Shown: positions 37,226 through 48,019 of the stretch, one piece after another | Numbering within the stretch: the first letter of the stretch is position 1 | How the letters are laid out: each line of letters begins with the position of its first letter | NCBI GenBank assembly: GCA_020047755.1 | Contig: JAIFNL010000118.1 | Span: forward strand, 3,618-67,617 | Reading direction: 5' to 3' | Source of the DNA: Bacteroidota bacterium | GTDB lineage: Bacteria; Bacteroidota; Bacteroidia; Bacteroidales; JAIFNL01 | Length of the DNA: 64,000 nucleotides | The notes under the pieces: model-generated | Seen by the model: only the letters and a program-made list of their open reading frames with translations | The model's database searches: none | What the model was told of the DNA's origin: nothing | Translations under genes and position numbers: made by a program

Positions 37226-39514
37226 TTGAAAATTATGTTTGCTCGTTTCATAAATTTATCCATAAAAAAGAAAATTATTTTTTTTCTCTTTATTTTGACT
37301 GCTTTTGCGCTGTTTGTTTCTTCTTTTTTGTTTATTATTTACGACAAACAGCAGTTTAAACGCAAAGCCTTGCGCGATTTGTCTATTTTGGCTGAAACCG
37401 TTGGTAACAACAATGCGGCAAATCTCGAATTTTTTATGAGTGGAAAAGAAGACGCTAAAAAATCGTTGCAACTACTTGCTTCTGACGATTATATCGAAAT
37501 GGCAGCTATTTATAATACCAGTAATCTTTCTTTTGCCGACTATGCAAAGCAGCGAATTGGTTACAGAGCACCCGAAAAATTAGAATATTCTTCCGATACT
37601 ATTATTTTCTCCAAAGACAAAATCATAATTACAAAACCCATTATATATAAAAACCATACACACGGAACTATTTTTATCCAAACCAACTTAGACGAATACA
37701 AAGAAAGAACAATTAAATTTTTGGTTGTAATTTCATTAATTATATTTTTGGCTTTAATAATATCGCTTATTATGGCTATTTATTTTCAGGGTTTAATTAC
37801 CAAGCCGATTGTAAATTTAGCTGATTTGATGAAAAACATTGCCGATACTCGCAATTATTCTATTCAAAGTTCCTACAATTCAAAAGACGAAATTGGTCAG
37901 CTCTCGTCGGTGTTTAACGAAATGATTACTAGGCTTGGAAAACAAAATAAAGACTTAAAAATTGCCAAAGACAGAGCCGAGTATAGCCTCAAAATTAAAG
38001 AACAATTTTTGGCAAATATGAGCCACGAAATTAGAACACCAATGAACGGTGTGATAGGAATGACTGACCTTCTGGCTGAAACTGAACTGAATGAAGAGCA
38101 GTTTCAATACCTCGAAAATATTAAAATTTCTGCCGATAACCTTTTGGTTATCATCAACGATATTCTCGATTTTTCGAAAATAGAAGCCGGAAAAGTAAAA
38201 ATAGTAAACGAAGCTTTCGATTTTAGAAAATTGGTGCATCAATACCGCGATATTTTTGAAAAGCGAATGACCCAAAAAGGATTATTTTTTACAATTGAAA
38301 TAGACGATGCCATTCCTAATTTTGTGGTTGGCGACAAAGTACGTTTAAATCAAATACTTACTAATTTAGTTGGAAATGCGTTTAAATTTACTCAAAAAGG
38401 TGGAATTTCGATGAAATTTAGGCTCAAAACGGTTACTGAAAATTCGCAAACGATTGAATTTGAAGTTATTGACACGGGCATTGGCATAATGAAAGACAAG
38501 CTAGAAGCTATTTTTGAGGAGTTTAATCAAGCTACAAATTTAACCACTCGAGAGTATGGAGGAACTGGTTTGGGCTTAACAATTTCAAAGCAACTTGTTC
38601 ATTTAATGGAAGGTACCATTTCAGTGGAAAGTAAATTTGGCGAAGGTAGTAATTTTTTAGTAACCCTTCCTTTTGGCATTACAAACATACAGAGTATTGC
38701 TGTAAACCAAGTAATTACACCAAAATTCAATAAAATAGCACAAGACAAGCCATTGAATGTTTTACTGGCGGAAGACAACAAATTGAATCAACTTTTTGCT
38801 CGTGAAGTACTTCAGAAGAACAACATGAAAGTTACGCTTGTAGAAAATGGAAACGAAGCTGTAAAGGCAGCTGCCGACAATTTGTTTGATGTGATTTTGA
38901 TGGATTTACATATGCCAGAACTTGATGGTTATCAGGCTACTAAACAAATAAGAACTCAATTAGAGCAGCCAAATTCCCTTGTCCCTATTATTGCGCTCAC
39001 AGCAGCCGTTACAAAATCGGAAATAGATAAAAGCTTTGAAGCCGGAATAAATGATTACATTGCAAAGCCGTTTAAAGCAGAAATTTTGATAAAGAAAATT
39101 CTGCAACAAACTATAAATAAAGAATTTATGAATGAATCAAAAAAAATTACAAACTTAGATTATTTAAAAAATATGGCAGGCGATAACAACGAAATTATTG
39201 CCGAAATGATTGAAATGTTTATCGACCAAATAGCGGAATATGTTACAAATATCAACAAAGCGATTAAAGAAGGAAACTGGGACGATTTGAAATTGCATGT
39301 GCACTCAGCAAAATCGTCTGTTGCTATTATGGGAATGAACAAGTTACGTGCAGATATGCAGCTTTTTGAAAATGCAGTGAAAGCAAGAGAACGAAAAGAA
39401 GAATATCCCGAAATGTTTGCAAATTTTATTAGTCAAACAAATAAAGGGGTAGGCGAACTTAAAGAAATTTTGCTGAGATTAAAGGAAAATAAAAAGGGTG
39501 AAGTTAGCTTTTAA
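37226..39514 (+). CDS. Hybrid sensor histidine kinase: TM - periplasmic domain - TM - HAMP - HisKA - HATPase_c - REC - HPt
   Basis: 762 aa (TTG 37226 or ATG 37235). H box [20 protein letters not shown] box LTNLVGNAFKFT, G boxes DTGIGI and GGTGLGLTIS. REC: VLLAEDNKLNQ...DVILMDLHMPELDGY...DYIAKPF. HPt: LKLHVHSAKSSVAIMGM. Confidence 0.92.
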   Translation: MKIMFARFINLSIKKKIIFFLFILTAFALFVSSFLFIIYDKQQFKRKALRDLSILAETVGNNNAANLEFFMSGKEDAKKSLQLLASDDYIEMAAIYNTSNLSFADYAKQRIGYRAPEKLEYSSDTIIFSKDKIIITKPIIYKNHTHGTIFIQTNLDEYKERTIKFLVVISLIIFLALIISLIMAIYFQGLITKPIVNLADLMKNIADTRNYSIQSSYNSKDEIGQLSSVFNEMITRLGKQNKDLKIAKDRAEYSLKIKEQFLANMSHEIRTPMNGVIGMTDLLAETELNEEQFQYLENIKISADNLLVIINDILDFSKIEAGKVKIVNEAFDFRKLVHQYRDIFEKRMTQKGLFFTIEIDDAIPNFVVGDKVRLNQILTNLVGNAFKFTQKGGISMKFRLKTVTENSQTIEFEVIDTGIGIMKDKLEAIFEEFNQATNLTTREYGGTGLGLTISKQLVHLMEGTISVESKFGEGSNFLVTLPFGITNIQSIAVNQVITPKFNKIAQDKPLNVLLAEDNKLNQLFAREVLQKNNMKVTLVENGNEAVKAAADNLFDVILMDLHMPELDGYQATKQIRTQLEQPNSLVPIIALTAAVTKSEIDKSFEAGINDYIAKPFKAEILIKKILQQTINKEFMNESKKITNLDYLKNMAGDNNEIIAEMIEMFIDQIAEYVTNINKAIKEGNWDDLKLHVHSAKSSVAIMGMNKLRADMQLFENAVKARERKEEYPEMFANFISQTNKGVGELKEILLRLKENKKGEVSF

Positions 39515-39596
39515 CGTTTTGATTATTAAAGAACAATCAAAAATTATTTCTATTTTGCAGTTTTATTATAAATTAGTGATTAAATTATTTTATTTG

Positions 39597-41948
39597 ATGA
39601 GTAATACCAAAAAATATATTTTACTTATTTTGTATTTAATTAGCTCAATTTCTTTGTTTTCGCAAACAAAAATTGACAGCTTGAAAAGAATCTTGAAAAC
39701 ACAAGCCGTTGATAGCCTCAAGGTTAAAACTTACAATGAGTTATCGTATGAAATTGTGCCTTATAATCAGGACGAAGCAGCTAGTTATGCAAGGAAAGCA
39801 TTGAAATTGGCAAAAAAAATAAAATACAAAAAAGGAATGGGCACGGCATTTCACAACTTAGGAAACGCCTGCTACTATGCTTCAAAAATCGACTCGGGTC
39901 TTTTCTTTTACCAAAAAGCATTAGATTTGAGGCAATCCATTGACGATAAGCTTGGTATGGCTTCTACTTTAAACAACTTGGGAAACATTTATTCCTATAT
40001 TGGAAATACAACCAAAGCTTTGGAGTACAGCAAAAAATCATTGGATATTAATATTCAATTAGATGATAAAGAAGGAATTGCATCATCTTATTACACAATA
40101 GGTAGTTTGTATGAAAATATAGGAAATTATTCAGAAGCATTGGTTAATTTGACAAAAGGCTTAGATATTTCTACCGAAATTAGCTTCAAAAAGGGACAAG
40201 CTTCTTGCTACAACGTAATAGGAATTATCTACAACAAGCAAGGAAACTATAAAAAAGCACTCGAAAATTATATTGAAGGCTTGAAAATTAATGAAATACT
40301 TGGCGACAAACCAGCTATGGCTGATTCGTACAACAATATTGGCAGCATTTCGGAGCGTATGAATCATCTCGATGATGCCTTGTCGTATTATCAAAAGTCG
40401 TTGAAAATAAATGAAGAACTAAAATATTTTCCAGGAATAGCAAAAGTTTTGAATAATATTGGTAATGTTTATAAAGAATTATCAGATAAAGACAGCACTT
40501 ACACCAAAAAAGCGATAGATAATTATTCTAAAAGTTTAGCTATTGCCAAAGAAATAGGCGACGCCCGCATAGAAGCCGATTGTTATTCAAATATAGCTGC
40601 ACTTTTTAAGGAAAGCAAAAAATACGAATCGGCAATTTTGAACTATCAAAAAAGCCTAGAAATAAAAGAATATTTTCAAGATATGCGTGGAGTTGCCTTA
40701 GAAAATATTGGGATAGGAGAATGCTATTACGAGTTAGCTCAATTTGAAAAAGCGGTGTTTCATCTCCAGCAAGCTTATGAATTTGGCAAAGAAGCCAACT
40801 CGCTCGAGCATTTGAATGCTTCGGCTAATTTACTTAGCCTATCGTATGCCGGAATGAAAAATTACAAGAAAGCTTTTGAATATTCGATTGAGCAAAATGC
40901 TATAAACCAGAGACTTAATAACGACGAAAATACAAAAAAAATTACACAGCTTTCTATGCAATATGAGTTTGATAAAAAGCAAAAGCAAATAGAATTTGAG
41001 CAAAAGGAAAAAGATTTAGCCAACGAAGCTAAAATAAACAGGCAAAAAGTTCTAATTTATTCTGCTGCAATAGTTATCTTACTAATGGTAATGCTTTCAG
41101 TTGTTATTTTGAGGAATGCTACAATAATGAAGGCTAAAAATACCTTACTTGCGCATCAAAAAGAAGAAATTGAATATAAAAACAAAAGTATTACCGATAG
41201 TATAACTTATGCCAGTAAAATTCAAAGAGCACTTTTACCAACCGATGACTTTGGAGGCGATTTTATTAGCGATCATTTTATTTTGCTAAAACCCCGTGAC
41301 ATTGTAAGTGGCGATTTTTATTGGGTGCGCCAAAAAGGCAACAAAATATTTGTATCGGCTGCCGATTGCACCGGACATGGCGTTCCAGGCGCATTGATGA
41401 GCATGTTGGGCATTTCTTTTTTGAATGACATTTTGAATAATTCCGAAATTGAAAAAATAGAAGCCCATCTTATTTTGAATGAATTGAGAGAAAAAATTAA
41501 AAATTCGCTCCGCCAAAGAGGAAAAGAAAATGAAGCTCAAGATGGAATGGACATGGCACTTTGTGTGATTGATGTGGAAAAATATACCTTAGAATATGCA
41601 GGTGCTTACAATCCTTTGTATTTGATTAGAAATGGTGAACTTATTCATTTTAAGCCAGATAGAATGCCTATTGGTATTTACTCGCGCGAGAAAGAAAGCT
41701 TTACTAAATACGAAGAACAACTCAAATCGGGAGATGCATTATACATGTTTTCAGATGGATACGTTGATCAATTCGACGAAACTGGCGAAAATAAATTCAT
41801 GTCTAAGCCTTTTAAACGTTTGCTACTGATGATGCAAGAAAAATCATTTGCCGAGCAAAAGCAGGTTTTGGAAAAAACACTCAAAGAATGGCAAGGAAAT
41901 AGCGAACAAATTGACGACATTTTAGTTATGGGCTTGAAAATTGCCTAG
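39597..41948 (+). CDS. Signal peptide - periplasmic TPR sensor - TM - SpoIIE/PP2C serine phosphatase (paralog of 12999..14906)
   Basis: The ORF-track start at GTG 39498 overlaps the upstream kinase. ATG 39597 gives MSNTKKYILLILYLISSISLFSQ. At least 8 TPR units are present, then TM VLIYSAAIVILLMVMLSVVIL. PP2C motifs: SGDFYWV, DCTGHGVPGA, QDGMDMAL, SDGYVDQF and QIDDILVMGLKI. Confidence 0.88.
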   Translation: MSNTKKYILLILYLISSISLFSQTKIDSLKRILKTQAVDSLKVKTYNELSYEIVPYNQDEAASYARKALKLAKKIKYKKGMGTAFHNLGNACYYASKIDSGLFFYQKALDLRQSIDDKLGMASTLNNLGNIYSYIGNTTKALEYSKKSLDINIQLDDKEGIASSYYTIGSLYENIGNYSEALVNLTKGLDISTEISFKKGQASCYNVIGIIYNKQGNYKKALENYIEGLKINEILGDKPAMADSYNNIGSISERMNHLDDALSYYQKSLKINEELKYFPGIAKVLNNIGNVYKELSDKDSTYTKKAIDNYSKSLAIAKEIGDARIEADCYSNIAALFKESKKYESAILNYQKSLEIKEYFQDMRGVALENIGIGECYYELAQFEKAVFHLQQAYEFGKEANSLEHLNASANLLSLSYAGMKNYKKAFEYSIEQNAINQRLNNDENTKKITQLSMQYEFDKKQKQIEFEQKEKDLANEAKINRQKVLIYSAAIVILLMVMLSVVILRNATIMKAKNTLLAHQKEEIEYKNKSITDSITYASKIQRALLPTDDFGGDFISDHFILLKPRDIVSGDFYWVRQKGNKIFVSAADCTGHGVPGALMSMLGISFLNDILNNSEIEKIEAHLILNELREKIKNSLRQRGKENEAQDGMDMALCVIDVEKYTLEYAGAYNPLYLIRNGELIHFKPDRMPIGIYSREKESFTKYEEQLKSGDALYMFSDGYVDQFDETGENKFMSKPFKRLLLMMQEKSFAEQKQVLEKTLKEWQGNSEQIDDILVMGLKIA

Positions 41949-42024
41949 CTTCTGCTGTTTTCTTTCCAAACATAGCTAAAATTTAGTAGTTATAATATAT
42001 TTTTTATAGAAAATTGATTTTAAA

Positions 42025-45000
42025 ATGAATTCTTCTAAAAATAGACTTCTTGTTAAATTTTTAACCGTAGTGGGGGCAGTTATATTATTCGTTATTATAA
42101 CTTTATCTACAATTCTTGTTTTTTTTAGTCAGTCAAAAATAACCATTATATTGGGTATTATTTTTTCGGGAATTATTGTTTTCCTTACCATTGTTTTGCT
42201 ATTACAAAATATGTTTAGCCGGATAGAAGAAATTGGTAAAACTACCCAAAAACTTTCTGAAGGCAGGCTAGCTAAATCCATTACTCAAATAAGCAACGAT
42301 GAGATTGGAAAATTAAGCTCAGACATAAATAAATTTATAGATGGTTTTAATGAAAATATCCAGATAACTACGGAATTACTCAATGGAAATATTGATATAA
42401 CTTACGATACATCAAATACTTCAAATATTTTCAGGCAACTACTCATTAAGATGCACGAAAACCTGAAACGAAATAGAAATTTTGAAATTGAGCGCAAAGA
42501 AGAAGAATCTTTGAGAAATTGGACAAATGAAGGATTGGCTATTTTAAACGATATTTTGAGAAAAAGCAATGAAAGAATAGATATTTTAGCAAATAAAATT
42601 TTAAGTAATCTGGTAAATTATATTGACGCAAACCAAGCAGGATTATTTATTTTTTCGGAAGAAGACGATTTGCACCAAGAACTCGAATTGATTAGTTTTT
42701 ATGGCTATGGAAAGAAAAAATATTTGCAGAAAAAAATACAAGTTGGCGATGGTTTAATTGGCACTTGTGCTTTGGAGAGAACTACTATTTACCTAACCGA
42801 AATACCTCAAAATTATATTGAAATAACTTCCGGATTGGGGCAGGCAAATCCGAATGCTTTGCTTATTGTGCCTTTGATACTTGAAAATGAATTACTTGGA
42901 GTTATTGAAATTGCTTCATTTAAAAAATTTTCGCCAGCTAAAATTTCTTTTGTTGAAAAATTAGCCAGTAATATTTCAGCCTCATTATTTTCTTCAAGAG
43001 TGCATACACACACCGAAAAACTTTTGGAAGAAATGAATGTTTATAAGCAAAAAATAACAGAGCAGCAAGTAGTTTTGGACGAAACACTGCACAAATACGA
43101 ACAAAGTGTGTCGGAAATTGAGCGGTTGAAGAAATTAGAGCAGGAGCAAAACAATGAGCATATTAACGAAATTATGAATTATAAAAAGCTGACCAATAGT
43201 ATTCTAAATAAAATTCCCGCTAAGGTATTTATAAAAGACGCTCGTGGCAGATTTGTGCTATTCAATAACCAAGTAGCTGATTTTTATGGTGTTGAAGCTT
43301 CTTTGCTAACTGGAAAATCGGATTTCGATTTATATCCGATTGAAGAAGCTAAACGAAATGCTGAAATTGAACAGGATATAATAAGAAAAGGCAAACGTGA
43401 ATATACTTATTCTGATACTTTTAGTGATACTGAAATTGTGTTTAGAACAATTAAAACGCCTTTTTTTATTGATTATTTGAATGAAAAAGGATTACTCGCA
43501 ATACAATTTGACATTACCGAACTCTCCTATAAACAAAACGAAACCCAGAAATTGAAGGAAAAGCTTGAACTAAAGCTCATTGAACTTAAAAAAACACAAG
43601 AACAGCTTGATTTGAAAGAGCAAGAACTTTTAGATGCTAACAAAATAATGGGCAACAAGGAGTTAATATTGAGAAAAACTCTTTCGCAATATGCTGACGC
43701 TCAGAAAGAACTTAAAATCAACAACGAAGAACTTAGAGCACAGGAAGAAGAATTGAAGCAAAATCTGGAGGAACTCCTTACAACTCAGGAGGAAATGATT
43801 AGACTCAAGGAAATTGATGCAATTAAAGCTGCTCAAATACTCAATCAGCTAGAGGAAAATAAACGACTTTTATCAAAAATTCTCGATTTTTTTCCCGCCG
43901 AAATTATTCTGAAAGATTCTTTAGGTAAATACTTGATAGTAAATAAAGTAACTGCTGAAAATTTAAACACACAAGTTGAAAATTTAGTAGGTAAAACCGA
44001 TTTTGATTTTTTTGATTATCAAAAAGCGGAAGCACTTAGAAAACAAGAGATTGAAGTAATAAAGAATGGAATGATTATTTACAAAGCAATTGAAAATATT
44101 GACGAAAATAAAAAAATATTCCAAATAACGAAAGCTCCTTTTTTTATTAACTATTTGAATGATAATGGCTTGTTGCTCATTAAAACGGATATAACCGAAA
44201 TTAAGCAAAATGAAAGTGAATTAGAGAATTTGAATAAAATTCAACAAAACCAACAAATTCAGTTAGAACAAAAAATGCTGGAGCTCACAAAAATACAGCA
44301 AGAGCTTAAAAACCAGCGTGATGAATTGAAGCAAGCAAACACAATGCTTATCTCAAAAGAGAAAAAACTTGAGAAAGCGGTTAAAACTGCCGAAGAAAGT
44401 AGAAAAGAATTGAGATTGAAAAACGATCAACTCTTAGCGCAAGAAGAAGAGCTAAAACAAATCATTGAACAAATGCAACTAGTTCAAGATGAGCAAGAAA
44501 AGCAAGAAATTTTAATTACCAAGCAAAAAGAAAATTTGCTCAAAACCAACGAAAAACTCAAGCAAGAAATAATAGAAAAAGAACAAGCAAAACTCGAAGC
44601 CACAAGCGCAAACAAGGCAAAAAGCGAGTTTCTGGCAAATATGAGCCACGAGATACGAACACCTATGAACGCAATTGTAGGGTTTAGCGAGCTTTTGGCT
44701 ACAAAAGTGGAAGGATTGAAGGAGAAAAGCTACCTCAACGCCATTCAATCGAGCGGTAAAAGCTTGATTATGATTATTAATGATATTCTCGATCTTTCCA
44801 AAATTGAAGCTGGAAAAATGAAGCTTGAGTATGATTACACAAGTGTCAGAGGAATTGTTGAGGAAATTAAAAATATTTTTTCGCTCAAAGTTCAAGACAA
44901 AAACCTTGATTTTATTATCGATTTAGACGAAAATGTTCCAGACTCGATGATGCTTGATGAAATTAGAATGCGGCAAATTCTTTTTAATTTGGTTGGAAAT

Positions 45001-46080
45001 GCTATCAAATTTACCGACGAAGGTTTTGTCAAAATCCATGTTATTACCCATGAAGCTACCAATAAAAATGATAATTTTCGCAATTTGACCATTTCGGTGG
45101 AAGATACCGGAATTGGAATTGCCGACGAGTCGCAGCAAAAAATTTTTAATGCCTTTGAACAACAAGAAAATCAAGCAAATAAACATTATGGAGGCACAGG
45201 CTTAGGTCTTTCGATTACCGCTCGGTTGGTAGAAATGATGAATGGCGATATTAAATTGAACAGCATTCAAAAGGCTGAAAAAAAGCGTCTTTCGGGAAGT
45301 AAGTTCATTATAAATCTTTACGACGTTAAAGTTTCGGACGAATTGAAAGAAATTAAAGAACAACACAATTTTGATTACAGCTCTATTGTTTTTGAAACCT
45401 CCACGCTTTTGGTGGTTGACGACATTGAACTGAATAGAAATCTAATTACCGAATTTCTCGAAAATACTCAAGTACAGGTAATTACTGCTGTAAATGGACG
45501 CGAAGCTATCGAATTTACCAAACTTTACAAGCCCGATGCCATTTTGATGGACATTAGAATGCCCGTACTTGATGGAATAAGTGCAGCCATCGAAATTCGG
45601 AAAATTCCTGAATTTGCCGAAATTCCAATTATCGCTCTCACGGCTTCGGCGCTGGTGAGCGATAGGGAAAAGATAATGAAAACTGGATTTAATGCATTCA
45701 TTAGCAAGCCAATACAACTTTCTAGTTTATTTTTTGAATTAGCCAGCTTTTTGCCATATAAGCATGTTGTTAGTGAAATTACTATTTCTAAAAAAAGTAA
45801 TGTAGCATTGAGCGATTTGAATATTTCGGATAAAAAAATAGAACATAACATTAAATATCTCAAAAGTATTGTTTTATTAGAATTGTACGAACTAAATAAA
45901 ATTTTTATAATTGATGATATCGAAGCTTTTACCGAGAATTTTCAAAGTTATGTAGAATCAGTTGATTTGCTTGAATTTGAGCCATTTATAGATGAATTGA
46001 ACGACAACTTACAAAGCTTCGATTTACCCAAAATAAAGCGAAGTTTAAATAATTTGATTGCATTTATCGAAAAATTGTAA
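42025..46080 (+). CDS. Giant multi-sensor hybrid histidine kinase: 2 TM - HAMP - GAF - (coiled coil-PAS) x2 - HisKA - HATPase_c - REC - uncharacterised helical C-terminal domain
   Basis: 1351 aa. [80 protein letters not shown]. Two AQEEELKQ signalling helices each precede a PAS-like block. H box [20 protein letters not shown] box [25 protein letters not shown]: [11 protein letters not shown]...[14 protein letters not shown]. Confidence 0.92.
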   Translation: MNSSKNRLLVKFLTVVGAVILFVIITLSTILVFFSQSKITIILGIIFSGIIVFLTIVLLLQNMFSRIEEIGKTTQKLSEGRLAKSITQISNDEIGKLSSDINKFIDGFNENIQITTELLNGNIDITYDTSNTSNIFRQLLIKMHENLKRNRNFEIERKEEESLRNWTNEGLAILNDILRKSNERIDILANKILSNLVNYIDANQAGLFIFSEEDDLHQELELISFYGYGKKKYLQKKIQVGDGLIGTCALERTTIYLTEIPQNYIEITSGLGQANPNALLIVPLILENELLGVIEIASFKKFSPAKISFVEKLASNISASLFSSRVHTHTEKLLEEMNVYKQKITEQQVVLDETLHKYEQSVSEIERLKKLEQEQNNEHINEIMNYKKLTNSILNKIPAKVFIKDARGRFVLFNNQVADFYGVEASLLTGKSDFDLYPIEEAKRNAEIEQDIIRKGKREYTYSDTFSDTEIVFRTIKTPFFIDYLNEKGLLAIQFDITELSYKQNETQKLKEKLELKLIELKKTQEQLDLKEQELLDANKIMGNKELILRKTLSQYADAQKELKINNEELRAQEEELKQNLEELLTTQEEMIRLKEIDAIKAAQILNQLEENKRLLSKILDFFPAEIILKDSLGKYLIVNKVTAENLNTQVENLVGKTDFDFFDYQKAEALRKQEIEVIKNGMIIYKAIENIDENKKIFQITKAPFFINYLNDNGLLLIKTDITEIKQNESELENLNKIQQNQQIQLEQKMLELTKIQQELKNQRDELKQANTMLISKEKKLEKAVKTAEESRKELRLKNDQLLAQEEELKQIIEQMQLVQDEQEKQEILITKQKENLLKTNEKLKQEIIEKEQAKLEATSANKAKSEFLANMSHEIRTPMNAIVGFSELLATKVEGLKEKSYLNAIQSSGKSLIMIINDILDLSKIEAGKMKLEYDYTSVRGIVEEIKNIFSLKVQDKNLDFIIDLDENVPDSMMLDEIRMRQILFNLVGNAIKFTDEGFVKIHVITHEATNKNDNFRNLTISVEDTGIGIADESQQKIFNAFEQQENQANKHYGGTGLGLSITARLVEMMNGDIKLNSIQKAEKKRLSGSKFIINLYDVKVSDELKEIKEQHNFDYSSIVFETSTLLVVDDIELNRNLITEFLENTQVQVITAVNGREAIEFTKLYKPDAILMDIRMPVLDGISAAIEIRKIPEFAEIPIIALTASALVSDREKIMKTGFNAFISKPIQLSSLFFELASFLPYKHVVSEITISKKSNVALSDLNISDKKIEHNIKYLKSIVLLELYELNKIFIIDDIEAFTENFQSYVESVDLLEFEPFIDELNDNLQSFDLPKIKRSLNNLIAFIEKL

Positions 46081-46294
46081 AAAAAATAGGTATCATAAAA
46101 CTAAAATTTTTTTTATTAATTTTTTTTGCTAACTTAGCATAAAATAAACACCTTCATTTTTGAATAGTAAAGAACGAATTGACTTTTTTGAGACGTAAAC
46201 GTAAAAAAACGAAAGTTTGAGAATTTACTAAAATTGTGTTTTATTTTATAAAAAAATTCAAACGAAATTCATTTTCTATTAAAATATAAAAAAT

Positions 46295-47452
46295 ATGTCA
46301 AGCTCGTTGATACTTATTGTAGATGATAATTTTAAAAATTTGCAAGTTTTAGGAAGTATCTTAAAAGAGGCAAAATTTAAAGCTGCAATTGCTACAAGCG
46401 GTTTTGAGGCTCTTGATTTTGTCAATGAAAAATTGCCAGACCTTATTCTTTTGGACATTATGATGCCCGAAATGGACGGAATTGAAGTTTGTAAGCGGCT
46501 AAAATCTAATGAAATAACCAAGAAAATTCCAATTATATTTCTTACTGCCAAAACAGATGGAAGCACTATTAAAGAAGCCTTTGATGCTGGTGCACAAGAT
46601 TATATTGCGAAACCATTCAAATCGGTAGAATTACTTTCGAGAGTAGCAACGCATATAGAAATAAAACAAAACAGAGAAGCCTTGGAACAAATCAATGCAA
46701 CCCTCGAAGAAAAAGTACAGCAGCGAACTCTTGAATTGACCCTTGCTAACGAAAAATTAAATAAAATAGATAAGGCAAAAAGTGATTTCTTAAACCTTAT
46801 CAGCCACGAACTTAGAACGCCCCTCAATGCCATAAAAGGCTTTTCGTACATACTCAAAGATGTAGTTTCTGATGAAAAATACAGCGATTTTCTCGATGAA
46901 ATTAATGAAGCAGCCGACAAATTAGTCCGAATTTCGGATATTTCGCTTTTGATTACTTCTTTGCAATTCGAAAATTTCAAAAAACGCTCAGTTTCTACCA
47001 ATCTTCGCCATTTTATCGTTAGCATTGCCGATACTTATTGCAACAAATTCAAATGGAATAGAGAAAAATTGCACTTAACGCTTGCTATTCCCGAAAGCTT
47101 GGTTGAAATTGAAACAACACTGATTTCCAATGCGTTGGTTATGATTTTAGACAATGCTTTTAAGCACTCGCCAAGCAATGGAATTATATTGCTCGATTCG
47201 AAAATCGAAAACTCGCAAGCCGTTATAAGCATTACTGATTATGGTAAAGGATTTTCAACCAAAGCGTTAGAAAAGGTATTTGATTTCTTTACCGAGAAAA
47301 CACTTTTTTCGGCAAGCGGGCTTGGAGTTGGCTTGGCTACCGTAAAACTTATTATGAACTACATAGCCGGAAGCGTAAATGCTGAAAATGTAGAAGGAGC
47401 AGGAGCAAGGGTAACTATTTCTTTTCCTGTTAATTATACTAGTTCTGTATAA
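46295..47452 (+). CDS. Receiver domain fused to a histidine kinase core (REC - HisKA - HATPase_c)
   Basis: 385 aa. REC: ILIVDDNFKNL...DLILLDIMMPEMDGIE...DYIAKPF. H box FLNLISHELRTPLNAIKGF, N box MILDNAFKHSP, G boxes ITDYGKGF and GLGVGLATV. Confidence 0.9.
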   Translation: MSSSLILIVDDNFKNLQVLGSILKEAKFKAAIATSGFEALDFVNEKLPDLILLDIMMPEMDGIEVCKRLKSNEITKKIPIIFLTAKTDGSTIKEAFDAGAQDYIAKPFKSVELLSRVATHIEIKQNREALEQINATLEEKVQQRTLELTLANEKLNKIDKAKSDFLNLISHELRTPLNAIKGFSYILKDVVSDEKYSDFLDEINEAADKLVRISDISLLITSLQFENFKKRSVSTNLRHFIVSIADTYCNKFKWNREKLHLTLAIPESLVEIETTLISNALVMILDNAFKHSPSNGIILLDSKIENSQAVISITDYGKGFSTKALEKVFDFFTEKTLFSASGLGVGLATVKLIMNYIAGSVNAENVEGAGARVTISFPVNYTSSV

Positions 47453-47901
47453 AATTCCCCTTTCTTTATTCTAATTAATTTCAAATTTACAACTTCTTGA
47501 TTAAGTAATTCTTTTGCCTTTTCGCGGCTGGTAGGCAAAAATAATTCTGTTTTGTATTTGCTTTCAAAAAAAACACCATAATCAACCAAACCTTTTATAT
47601 TTTTTGTTCCTTCACGCAATACTTTGAAGCTATATATTTGATTTAATTTATAATAAGGATGAATTGGTTCTAAAAAAATTTCACCTGCGCAATTTATTTT
47701 GTCCACATAGCAATTTATTTTTTTACCTATCTCTAAATCATAATCAGCGTAAAATTCTTTTACTAAAAGATGTTTTTTTCCAAATTCACTTTCCAATGCG
47801 TAATATGTAACTTTTTCAAATTCAATCTCTTTGATAAGCAGAAACGCATAAATTTCTTTTTCTGTGTAATTATCTTTTGTGCGTAGCTCTCTTTTTTTCA
47901 T
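47434..47901 (-). CDS. Hypothetical protein (155 aa)
   Basis: Clean ORF convergent with the REC-HK gene and overlapping its 3' end by 19 nt. No motif was recognised. Confidence 0.55.
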   Translation of the reverse strand: MKKRELRTKDNYTEKEIYAFLLIKEIEFEKVTYYALESEFGKKHLLVKEFYADYDLEIGKKINCYVDKINCAGEIFLEPIHPYYKLNQIYSFKVLREGTKNIKGLVDYGVFFESKYKTELFLPTSREKAKELLNQEVVNLKLIRIKKGEFYTELV

Positions 47902-48019
47902 ACAAAATGTAGTTAAACTTAGTCTTTTTTTTTAAATTTGCAAAGAAAATTTTGTAAAATTAGTTTTTATTTTTCTAATTCAAAATTTTAAATAGTACAC
48001 AAAAACAATAAGATAGCAG

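Noticed and set aside
39498-39596. GTG-initiated N-terminal extension of the second TPR-PP2C gene, overlapping the kinase gene
   Set aside because: The extension is non-conserved-looking and precedes a perfect signal peptide that starts at ATG 39597.
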